Positions 29,367-38,061 of a stretch of 64,000 nucleotides of DNA are shown here, piece after piece. The notes beneath the pieces were generated by a model. It was given only the letters and a program-made list of their open reading frames with translations. It did no database searches and was not told where the DNA came from. How positions within the stretch are numbered: the first letter of the stretch is position 1; each line of letters opens with the position of its first letter. The DNA is from Nanobdellota archaeon (GTDB taxonomy: Archaea; Nanobdellota; Nanobdellia; Parvarchaeales; Parvarchaeaceae), in NCBI GenBank assembly GCA_021800365.1, contig JAJYZA010000003.1, positions 6,182 to 70,181 of the forward strand, read 5' to 3'. The translations under genes and the position numbers were made by a program.

Positions 29367-30290
29367 TTACTCTTCTATCTTGAATCTCTCTCTTAAATTT
29401 AGCGTGATATAAAGTTCTTTATAGCGATTTCTTATAGTTACCTCGGTTATACCAGCCGCCTTTGCTGCGTCCCTCTGTGTTTTTTTCTCTTTATTTATCA
29501 GCGTTGCAACATAAAGAACCGCTGCAGCTATGCCCATGGGGCCTTTACCACTTGTCAATCCTTTTTCTTCAGCTTCTTTAAGCAACTTTATCGAATCCGC
29601 TACGGTCTTGTTGGATACCTTTAATTCGGCAGCAAATTTATAGATATAATCATTTGGAGACGTAGGTAATATCTTTATACCGAGTTCTCTGCATAAAAGA
29701 CGATATGCTTTTCCGACTTCCTTTCTCTCTACGTTGAAGGTTTCAGAAATTTCATCCAGTGTTATCGGCCTAGAGTATTTTCTGGCAGCGGCGTAGAGTG
29801 CACCTGCGATTACGCTCTCCATAGAACGACCCCTGACAAGCCGCCTCGTTATTGCCTCACGATACATCTTGGCCGCTTCTTCTTGAACGACATTAGAAAC
29901 GTGGAGTCTATTACTGGCATGCCTTAATTCCGTAAGCGCAAATTTTAAGTTTCTTTCAAAAGCGGTCGAAATTCTAGGCTGCCACTTTCTTAATTTATAA
30001 AAAGTACGTCTGTTTGAATTTGATAGCTTTATCGATTCACTTGCTTTGCCTATAACTGTGCTGGTTCCCTTGTCATATTTGGCGTAGCTGAGCGGTGAAC
30101 CCATCCTCCCTTTTCCTTCATCTCTTTCATCTTCAAATGAGCGCCATTCTCTTCCATAATCGATCATGTCACTCTCTAATACGTATCCACAACGTTGGCA
30201 TACGGACTCACCAGTAGATTTGTCATAAATGATTGAGTTTGTACCACAGTTTGGACATTTTTGAGAAGATTTGCTTGTTATGACTTTCAT
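29367..30290 (-). CDS. tfb: Transcription initiation factor IIB (TFB)
   Basis: Zn ribbon CPNCG...CQRCG, EWRSF, GRSMES, TSGKGPMGIAAA, EVTIRNRYKEL. Confidence 0.97.
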   Translation of the reverse strand: MKVITSKSSQKCPNCGTNSIIYDKSTGESVCQRCGYVLESDMIDYGREWRSFEDERDEGKGRMGSPLSYAKYDKGTSTVIGKASESIKLSNSNRRTFYKLRKWQPRISTAFERNLKFALTELRHASNRLHVSNVVQEEAAKMYREAITRRLVRGRSMESVIAGALYAAARKYSRPITLDEISETFNVERKEVGKAYRLLCRELGIKILPTSPNDYIYKFAAELKVSNKTVADSIKLLKEAEEKGLTSGKGPMGIAAAVLYVATLINKEKKTQRDAAKAAGITEVTIRNRYKELYITLNLRERFKIEE

Positions 30291-30424
30291 AGTAACCTTT
30301 ATAAAGAGAGACCGTACTTAGTATATAAATCTTTGCTTTTTCTAAGAAATAAGGTTTATTTAACTATTCTTTAGTAATATAAAATATTTATATTATTTCT
30401 TTGTTTAACAGTAACTCAGAATAA

Positions 30425-31090
30425 TCAGCGTATTTTTACGTTTGCTTTAGCTTTTCTCATTGTTTCTATTACAGTTTCATCAGAAACCGGCGGAAAGTCG
30501 CGATAGAATCGGCCGATAGCTAGAAATGGAGAAGGAGTCTCTAAAACAGTGACATCTGCCTTCTTTCTCAAACGGTTTACAACACTTTCCGGTGCGATAG
30601 GTATCGCTAGTATAAGTTTCTTCGGATGCCGTTTTTTGACATAACCTATAGCAGACAATGCCGTATAGCCAGTAGCGATGCCGTCATCTACTATGATCAC
30701 AGTCTTATCTTTTAGACTGGGAAATTTTGTATCCCTACGATAAATCTGTAAACGCCTCTTTATCTCTTTCTTTTCCGAATCTTTTAAGTTCTTTAGTTCT
30801 TCCGCCGATATGTAACTATGGTCTAAGACGTCCTTGTCTATTGTGACAGAACCATCGGCATCCACTGCTCCGATAGCAGTTTCCGGGTCTGATGGCAGGG
30901 CCAATTTACGCGTTACGACAAGATCTAATTCTGCTCCAAGGTAATTTGCGACTTCGTAAGCAGTTATTACGCCGCCTCGCGGAATTGCCAGCACTAAACA
31001 TTTAGAATCTTTATACTCAGATAGTTTAGCAGCAAGGGCCTCGCCTCCGGCTTTTCTGTCCTTGAATATTCTATATTCTTCCATTTCCAT
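30425..31090 (-). CDS. Phosphoribosyltransferase (type I PRTase, putative)
   Basis: FKDRKAGG, LAIPRGGV, IIVDDGIATG PRPP loop. Confidence 0.88.
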   Translation of the reverse strand: MEMEEYRIFKDRKAGGEALAAKLSEYKDSKCLVLAIPRGGVITAYEVANYLGAELDLVVTRKLALPSDPETAIGAVDADGSVTIDKDVLDHSYISAEELKNLKDSEKKEIKRRLQIYRRDTKFPSLKDKTVIIVDDGIATGYTALSAIGYVKKRHPKKLILAIPIAPESVVNRLRKKADVTVLETPSPFLAIGRFYRDFPPVSDETVIETMRKAKANVKIR

Positions 31091-31120
31091 TGCACTAATT
31101 TTTAGTTGGCACGCGTATAT

Positions 31121-31837
31121 TTAATACTCCGTCAATGTATCCAAGACTATTGACGCTGCGTTTTTGGCTCTTCTATGCATCTCATCTATGGATAAAAATT
31201 TCGCTTGTTCCATAATTTTATCTACTACGAGCAGTAAAGATGCCGTTCTGAACTTTCGAAGCCTTCCAAGCATGAATAAAGTTGCGCATTCCATTTCTAT
31301 GGCGACCATCTTCATTTTACTAGCCATTACTTCTTGGTGTCCCCCAAAGAAGGCATCAGTAGAAAAGACCGGTCCGGTTATATATTTTGCACCGCTTCTC
31401 TTCGTATTCTCAATAAGGTTAATGGTAAGTTTTTCATCTGGTTCGAATGCGTTTTTAGAATCGTTAATGCCAATATATTCCCCCATAGTTCCGCCGCCGG
31501 AAGAAAATGCAGAGTCAGGTATAACTAGGTCCCCATAATCCGTTTCTTTCATGCCGCCGCAAGTCCCGAGTCTTACAAAATTTTTTCCACCTAGAGCATG
31601 CAGCTCCTCAACTGCTATAGCGAGCGACGGCGCACCAATACCATGCGAAGCTAGAGTTATAGATTTATTCTTATATCTACCGGAGTATACTGTGTATCTA
31701 TACGTCCAAAGTAGCTTGGGGTTCTCTAATAATTTAGCTATCTCTATTATTCTTTCGGGGTCCCCACCTATAAGCACATTATCAGAAATGTCTCCTTTTT
31801 TAAGCTGGATGTGCACAGGGGTAAGTTCTTTTTCCAT
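31121..31837 (-). CDS. Purine/uridine nucleoside phosphorylase (PNP_UDP family)
   Basis: GGDPERI, SHGIGAPS, RLGTCG, STDAFF, IEMECA. Confidence 0.92.
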   Translation of the reverse strand: MEKELTPVHIQLKKGDISDNVLIGGDPERIIEIAKLLENPKLLWTYRYTVYSGRYKNKSITLASHGIGAPSLAIAVEELHALGGKNFVRLGTCGGMKETDYGDLVIPDSAFSSGGGTMGEYIGINDSKNAFEPDEKLTINLIENTKRSGAKYITGPVFSTDAFFGGHQEVMASKMKMVAIEMECATLFMLGRLRKFRTASLLLVVDKIMEQAKFLSIDEMHRRAKNAASIVLDTLTEY

Positions 31838-31891
31838 AAATTAATCTTCGGAGAAGATAATATAAATAGCTTAAACTGCCATAGAGGTCTT

Positions 31892-33535
31892 ATGGTTGTC
31901 TCAAAGAGAGCGCAATTTATAACGGAATATCTACTAGTAATCGGTATAGCTCTTGTGATCATCGTTGCTTTCACGTTGTACATTACTTTATACTATATAA
32001 GTTATTCCAACGCTTCCAATTCTAATCAGATATATACGGCGGCAGACTCGATAATTCAAGAAGCAAATTATATCTCATCGGAAGGGGTCGGGTCAAAGAT
32101 ATCATTTCCGGTTAATTTTCCAGTGCTCAGCGCAAGCAGTTCGCTGTTTTGCGGGTCCTCTTTTAAAATAACCTCCGATGGATACTCCTCCATAACAGAG
32201 GCGAATGCCGAGATAGAGGGCGTACTGCCGCTTAATGCAGGTAACTCCGTTCTATATGCTCGTTATAACGGTAGTAATTTAGTCCAGATAGGAGTCGACA
32301 GGCCGGTGGCATTTATAACATATAATTATGCCATTTCCGGCAAATACCTCATTTATAATATTTCTTTTTACAATCTCAGTTACTATCCAGCTAAAAATAC
32401 CGGTTTTAATATTAGTGTCCTATACCAAAATGGCACCAGCATAAATAGTACTGTCGGAAGCGCAGTTTCCGGCAAAGTGAACGGTGAAATTTATGTGAAA
32501 GCATTGCCAATACCAGTAATTATCGATATATTTGTGCCACAATACTCTTTGGTTTCTCCATCTTGCTTTCCCATCGGGATAACGGCTCTAACTAATATGA
32601 CAATAAATAATTCTCAGTCCTTAGCGACCATTAGCCCATTTCAGCAGATGGTAAACCTTTCATCCTCCTTTTACAGCAGTTATGCCAATTCAGCGCTTTC
32701 AAACGTAGAGTTCTTTTACGGTAACGGCACGATAATTCCCTCATGGCTTGAGAATTATAGTGCTTCTAATGCGATTTGGTGGCTTAAATTACTACACGGT
32801 ATAGGCGCCTCCTCTTCAATCACAATCTATATTGGTTTCGCCTCAACATCGACAGATTTGTTTAATACCAATAATATCGGGGAAAACCCCCTCCTCTCGC
32901 CAGTTTATGGTGAATATGACGATGGACCAAATGTTTTTACTTTCTATGATAATTTTGCCGGCACACATTTAAGTTATAAGTGGGGCGACAACACGATAAC
33001 TCTAACAAAATCAGGAGGTACGTTGATTATCAACAACAGCATGAGTTTTGAACGAGGTTCACAAGGTAATGCTATTCCTTTTCTTAAGTCGCAAACGACT
33101 GCATTTATCCCCAGCTCAGGCGTAATAGAAGCTTATGGTACTATACCGGCAGGCGCTTCCGGTAGTAGTTATTGTTATGCTGGTTTTGGCATAACCGAGG
33201 CTGCAAATATAAATGCAAACGCGTCTGTAGTTGGTACTTTCTGCGGAACTTATGGACTATTAACTGGTAGCATTGTATCTCAAAATAAAGTAGCGGGATT
33301 GACCGGCGGAAAGTTTCTTTGGCAGATATTTATACCTTCCACTACTCCGTCGATAATATATGCGTCACAGAATTATGGGCCTAAAATTTCTTCTTCTTTA
33401 GATATGCCAAAATTACCGCAAGTCATCACTTTTTTTGATCAGAATGGTACTAATATTAATCTCGGACCATTTTACTGGGTCAGAACTCGTGCTTATCCTC
33501 CAAACGGAGTAATGCCGACAGTCACGGTCGTTTAA
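31892..33535 (+). CDS. Class III signal-peptide protein with DUF2341 domain
   Basis: KRA/QFITEYLLVIG; PFQQMVN...NGTIIPSWLE...WWLKL...IGENP..YGEYDDG; C-terminal YWVRTRAYPPNGVMP; ATG at 31892. Confidence 0.8.
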   Translation: MVVSKRAQFITEYLLVIGIALVIIVAFTLYITLYYISYSNASNSNQIYTAADSIIQEANYISSEGVGSKISFPVNFPVLSASSSLFCGSSFKITSDGYSSITEANAEIEGVLPLNAGNSVLYARYNGSNLVQIGVDRPVAFITYNYAISGKYLIYNISFYNLSYYPAKNTGFNISVLYQNGTSINSTVGSAVSGKVNGEIYVKALPIPVIIDIFVPQYSLVSPSCFPIGITALTNMTINNSQSLATISPFQQMVNLSSSFYSSYANSALSNVEFFYGNGTIIPSWLENYSASNAIWWLKLLHGIGASSSITIYIGFASTSTDLFNTNNIGENPLLSPVYGEYDDGPNVFTFYDNFAGTHLSYKWGDNTITLTKSGGTLIINNSMSFERGSQGNAIPFLKSQTTAFIPSSGVIEAYGTIPAGASGSSYCYAGFGITEAANINANASVVGTFCGTYGLLTGSIVSQNKVAGLTGGKFLWQIFIPSTTPSIIYASQNYGPKISSSLDMPKLPQVITFFDQNGTNINLGPFYWVRTRAYPPNGVMPTVTVV

Positions 33536-33558
33536 TGTTTATTAAAAAGTTCAATTAT

Positions 33559-35634
33559 TTAAGATTTAGACGTCGGTTTTTCTTTTATCCTGCTTTTTAT
33601 TGTTTCTTTATTTTTTAATTCTTCTTTTTTAGGTTTACATGCCGGATTAACACAAAATATATAAGTCCTACGACTTTCTTTTCCATGCCATTCTATCATG
33701 TGTATTCCGCATTTCGGGCAAGCTTGCGGAGAAATAAATAAATAACCAGATTGCGGTAGCGGCATGCCGAAATGACAGTTAGGATAATCAGAACAACCGA
33801 CAAATCGCTTATGAGTTCTTTTTGAAACGAGCATCCTTAGGTCGCCTCCGCTGTTGGGACATTTTCCGAAAATGTATTGGCGCAGTAGCGCCTTATGCAT
33901 AAGCTCTTTTATTTCTTTCCTCTTGCTTACGAGTTTTGCGAGAAGATCTTTTACCATTTTTCTAGAATCGTTTACTACTTCTTCCTTGGTTTTGTTACCA
34001 GATTCGATCTCTTTCATTTCGTCTTCAAGTGCTGCAGTTAGCTTCGGACTGGTAAGGTCCTTAGATATCTTTTTAAGGTTTTCTATCACTGCGAATGCCA
34101 TCTCGCTTGGAATTAGTGTCTTGCTTGAGGAAATATAATGTCTTTCCATCAATTTTTTTAGTATCTCGGGTCTTGTTGCTTTAGTGCCTAGTCTAAAATC
34201 TTCCATTAACTTCATCATTCCTCCCTGGGAATAATGTGGGGGGGGCGTAGTCTCATTCTCTTCTTCATTAATTGATTTTATATTGAGTATGTCGCCTTTT
34301 TTCATCTGAGGCAGTATGTTTTCCTCATATTTTGAGTAAGTATAAACGCTTCTCCAGCCGGGAATTAGCGCAGTAGAACCGTGTGCCGAGAATTCCTTCC
34401 CACCAATGTCGAGTTTTACATTTACTAGCTCCTCTTTTGAAGGGTTTGATAGCGTGGCTAAAAATCTTCTGGCTATTAGGTCAAAGATTTTTGCTTCTTG
34501 CGCAGGTAGTGCTTTTTTAGGCAGCATTACTGGGTGTATTGGGGGGTGATCCTTCGCTTCTTTTCCTTTAGTAGGATGAAGTGGATCCTTTTCAATATTT
34601 TCCACAAACTTATTGTAAGCACTGGATTTTCTAAGCTCATCTAAGATCTCTTTTAAATCGAGAGTAGGTGGGTATACTTCGCTATCCGTACGTGGGTATG
34701 ACACATATCCTTTCATATAAAGCCCCTGTACAATTCTCATTGCGTTAGGGACGCTGAAACCTATCGCCGCAGCGCTGCGCAGGAAGTCAGTAGTATTAAA
34801 TGGTTTTGGCGGTGCGACTTCCCTAATTTTTTTAGTTATGTCTTTTACCTCTGCAGTCTTGCTGTCAATGGTTTTTCTAATCACATCTGCGACTTTAGTA
34901 TCAAATATTTTACCTTCGATAGATTCTGCAACGAATTCTTTTTTGCCTAAACTTACACTCGCTATAAATCTCCAGTATTTTTGTGGTTTAAATAGTCGGC
35001 GCTCAGCGTCTCTATCGACGATTAGAGTCAGCGTGGGAGTCTGGACTCTTCCGACAGATAAGAAATAATTACCGAGCCGTTCGGCGGCGAGTGATATGAA
35101 TCTTGTTAATACGGCGCCAATTAGGAGATCAATCTCTCGCCTTGCGTCTGCGCTATCAGATAAGTTTTTGTTCGGTTTTTTTAGCGATGTAAATGCCTCA
35201 TGTAATTCCTTTGGAGTAAGAGACGAAAAGACGCTCCTGTAGATTTTTGCTGACTTATTTGCGCTCTTTGCTACAGATATGGCTTCAAAACCTATTGATT
35301 CGCCCTCTGTATCATAGTCTGTTGCAATTATTACTTTGTCGGCATCTTTGGAAAATCTCCTTATTACGTCTATGTTGTCTATTGCTGTAGGAACATATTC
35401 AAATTTAGCCGTTATCATCTTGTTTAACGTCGCTTCATCCCATTTTTTAAAAGTCTCTGGATATCTCACTTCTTTTATATGGCCCTTAAGCGGCACTATT
35501 ACAGAATCTTCACCATTTATTTTAGTGAACCAGAACTTCACAAGACCTTGTTCTTCGCTATTTAGTTTTGTCTCAGCGAGATTCTTAGCGATAGTTTCTG
35601 CGGCGGTACTTTTTTCCGCAATTATGAGCTGCAT
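33559..35634 (-). CDS. topA: DNA topoisomerase I (type IA)
   Basis: IIAEK Toprim, ATDYDTEGE, GRVQTPTL, catalytic SYPRTDS, GTKATR, C-terminal Zn ribbons. Confidence 0.96.
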   Translation of the reverse strand: MQLIIAEKSTAAETIAKNLAETKLNSEEQGLVKFWFTKINGEDSVIVPLKGHIKEVRYPETFKKWDEATLNKMITAKFEYVPTAIDNIDVIRRFSKDADKVIIATDYDTEGESIGFEAISVAKSANKSAKIYRSVFSSLTPKELHEAFTSLKKPNKNLSDSADARREIDLLIGAVLTRFISLAAERLGNYFLSVGRVQTPTLTLIVDRDAERRLFKPQKYWRFIASVSLGKKEFVAESIEGKIFDTKVADVIRKTIDSKTAEVKDITKKIREVAPPKPFNTTDFLRSAAAIGFSVPNAMRIVQGLYMKGYVSYPRTDSEVYPPTLDLKEILDELRKSSAYNKFVENIEKDPLHPTKGKEAKDHPPIHPVMLPKKALPAQEAKIFDLIARRFLATLSNPSKEELVNVKLDIGGKEFSAHGSTALIPGWRSVYTYSKYEENILPQMKKGDILNIKSINEEENETTPPPHYSQGGMMKLMEDFRLGTKATRPEILKKLMERHYISSSKTLIPSEMAFAVIENLKKISKDLTSPKLTAALEDEMKEIESGNKTKEEVVNDSRKMVKDLLAKLVSKRKEIKELMHKALLRQYIFGKCPNSGGDLRMLVSKRTHKRFVGCSDYPNCHFGMPLPQSGYLFISPQACPKCGIHMIEWHGKESRRTYIFCVNPACKPKKEELKNKETIKSRIKEKPTSKS

Positions 35635-35761
35635 TATACACCTTTGAAAATTATTCTATATAAGCGTATCTTTCTTTTAATCCGCAGTATAAACTGCATT
35701 TTCTCCTTATATGGAGCTAGAGGCGCGTCACGTTGCATTTAGAGAGGGTTATCATTAAGAT

Positions 35762-36397
35762 TTATTCGATTAGGGTACCAGAAATAGGCTTCCCTTCTAG
35801 GTATGTAACAATATCATCTATCTTGCTTGTAACTAGCACTTTTATCCCGTGTTCTCTGCATAGCGTACATGCTTGTGGGTCAAATATAAAATTCATCCCC
35901 GGCTTCCGTCTATTTACCGTTAACTTAAAAAAATTCTCAAATGAGATGCTCTTTAATAATTTCGCATCATTAAATTTGTTCGGGTCTTTGTCATATACTC
36001 CGTTCTCTTTTGACAGATTAAATAATGTTTTAGAGCCACACGCCACCGCTGCGTATGCGGCACTTACGTCGGTAGTCCATCCCGGCCTGAACCCGCCAAG
36101 CACGGTAATCTTTGCTTTTGGTTTTATTTTAGCAGGATCTTTATCATAGAACCTACCACCCAGTGCTTTAGCTATTACCTCGGCGTTCAATTGGGTTGCT
36201 TTAAGTCCAGCAATATGTTGATCAAGTGTTTTCAATCCAGTACTGGCCGCAAACTTTATATACGCCCTACTGATTTCCCCGCCACCGCAGACTATAACAA
36301 ACTTTTCACGTGAGTTATGGATTAGCCTAGCTAAAGCAGCTATCTTGCTATGGTACTTTGTCAGGAAAGACCCCCCCAGAGAGATAATTATCACCAT
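35762..36397 (-). CDS. pyrH: Uridylate kinase
   Basis: SLGGS, VCGGG, PGWTTDV, GVYDKDP, FDPQA. Confidence 0.9.
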   Translation of the reverse strand: MVIIISLGGSFLTKYHSKIAALARLIHNSREKFVIVCGGGEISRAYIKFAASTGLKTLDQHIAGLKATQLNAEVIAKALGGRFYDKDPAKIKPKAKITVLGGFRPGWTTDVSAAYAAVACGSKTLFNLSKENGVYDKDPNKFNDAKLLKSISFENFFKLTVNRRKPGMNFIFDPQACTLCREHGIKVLVTSKIDDIVTYLEGKPISGTLIE

Positions 36398-36459
36398 ACC
36401 TCAAATATAACAAACCAAGGATTTATATTTTATATATCAATAGAAAGCAGTCGGCAAAG

Positions 36460-36468
36460 TATTAAATA
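36460..36468 (+). promoter_or_regulatory. Putative TATA box of tRNA-iMet
   Basis: TATTAAATA about 27-35 nt upstream of the tRNA. Confidence 0.45.
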
Positions 36469-36494
36469 TCCTATAATTCATTAATCTCTCGTAA

Positions 36495-36570
36495 AGCGGG
36501 GTGGAGCAGCCAGGAGTGCTCGTTGGGCTCATAACCCAAAGGTCGCGTGGTTCAAATCCCGCCCCCGCTA
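36495..36570 (+). tRNA. Initiator tRNA-Met(CAT)
   Basis: A1-U72 acceptor AGCGGGG/CCCCGCT; three G-C pairs in the anticodon stem TTGGG-CTCATAA-CCCAA. Confidence 0.95.
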
Positions 36571-36597
36571 AAAGATAACAATCGTGCTGAAACAGAA

Positions 36598-38058
36598 ATG
36601 GAAACTTTTTACGTCACAACACCGATTTACTATGTAAATGCAAAGCCGCATATTGGTACTGCTTATACCACCATAGTCGCGGATATAATCGCAAGATGGA
36701 AGCGACTGGAAGGGAAAGAGGTTTTTTTTCTTACCGGTACAGATGAACATGGCACCAAGATTGAACGCGCGGCAGCAGCAGCAGGCAAAACACCACAGAC
36801 ATTTGTTGATGAGATATCCTCGGAATTCATGAATACTTGGAAGCCATTAAATATCTCTTATGATAAATTTATAAGAACTACAGACGAACGGCACATAATA
36901 ACCGTAAATGAATTCCTCGACAAACTATGGGACAATGGTGATATCTACAAAGGAACTTATGAAGGATGGTACTGCGTTCCGGACGAAACATTTATCACAG
37001 ATACGGATTTGAAAGATGGAAATTGTCCAAGTTGTGGTAGAGAAGTGCAGAGAGTTAAAGAAGAAGCATATTTCTTTGCACTTAGCAGATATAAAGAAGA
37101 TCTTTTACAGCTGTATTCAGATAACCCCTATTTTATTTATCCAGAATCAAAACTAAAGGAGATACGCGGCAGGCTAAAAGACAATTTAAAGGATTTAGAT
37201 ATAACTAGAAAAGGAGTAAAATGGGGCATCCCATTTAAGTTTGATCCAGAACATACGATTTATGTGTGGTTCGATGCGCTATTAAACTACATAAGTGCTC
37301 TTGGGTGGCCAAATGACGAATCATTTAATAAGTTCTGGCCAGTCGACGTCCATGTCGTTGGGAAGGATATCATCTGGTTTCATGCGGTTGTCTGGCCAGC
37401 AATGCTGATGTCTGCAGGAATAGATATGCCTAAGCTAATCTTAGCACATGGCTGGTGGACTGTTAATGGAACGAAGATGAGCAAGTCACTAGGAAATGTA
37501 ATCGACCCTATTGAAATGGCCAAGAAATATGGCGCGGACGCATTACGTTACTTTTTGATAAAGGAAAAACCAGTCTGGGAGGATGGAGATTTCTCAGAAA
37601 ATGCGTTAGTGTCTAGAATAAACGGAGAGTTAATGTCAGACCTAAGCAACCTCGTCGCAAGAACTTTAACGCTGGCTGAAAAATTCGATGGTAAGTTAAA
37701 ATATAATGAAGGGTTCTCTGATAACTTAGATATGACCCAGATAGTGTCAAAGTTTGATTCATATAACCTATCCGGCGCACTTGAAGATATATGGTCTTTT
37801 GTGCGCAGAACGAATAAGTACATTAATGATAATGAACCATGGAAACTTAATGGGGAAAAACTTTTGATTGTACTGAACGATGCTCTTGAAGCATTAAGAA
37901 TTATATCAATTTTAATTTATTCATTCATGCCAGAGACAGCGGAAAACTTAAGTCAGCAATTGGGATTAAAGTTGGGCAAGATTGATGACTGTAAATTCGG
38001 AGAATTTAATGGAAAAGTAAAGCGTGGTAAGAATCTTTTTGAAAAGGTAAAAAACTGA
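36598..38058 (+). CDS. metG: Methionine--tRNA ligase, short MetRS1-like form
   Basis: YVTTPIYYVNAKPHIG, YVWFDALLNY, GKDIIWFH, KMSKSLGN; the track's start at 36547 lies inside the tRNA, so ATG at 36598 is used. Confidence 0.96.
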   Translation: METFYVTTPIYYVNAKPHIGTAYTTIVADIIARWKRLEGKEVFFLTGTDEHGTKIERAAAAAGKTPQTFVDEISSEFMNTWKPLNISYDKFIRTTDERHIITVNEFLDKLWDNGDIYKGTYEGWYCVPDETFITDTDLKDGNCPSCGREVQRVKEEAYFFALSRYKEDLLQLYSDNPYFIYPESKLKEIRGRLKDNLKDLDITRKGVKWGIPFKFDPEHTIYVWFDALLNYISALGWPNDESFNKFWPVDVHVVGKDIIWFHAVVWPAMLMSAGIDMPKLILAHGWWTVNGTKMSKSLGNVIDPIEMAKKYGADALRYFLIKEKPVWEDGDFSENALVSRINGELMSDLSNLVARTLTLAEKFDGKLKYNEGFSDNLDMTQIVSKFDSYNLSGALEDIWSFVRRTNKYINDNEPWKLNGEKLLIVLNDALEALRIISILIYSFMPETAENLSQQLGLKLGKIDDCKFGEFNGKVKRGKNLFEKVKN

Positions 38059-38061
38059 CTC

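Noticed and set aside
36547-36597. ORF-track start of metG
   Set aside because: It begins inside tRNA-iMet; ATG at 36598 fits the MetRS N-terminus
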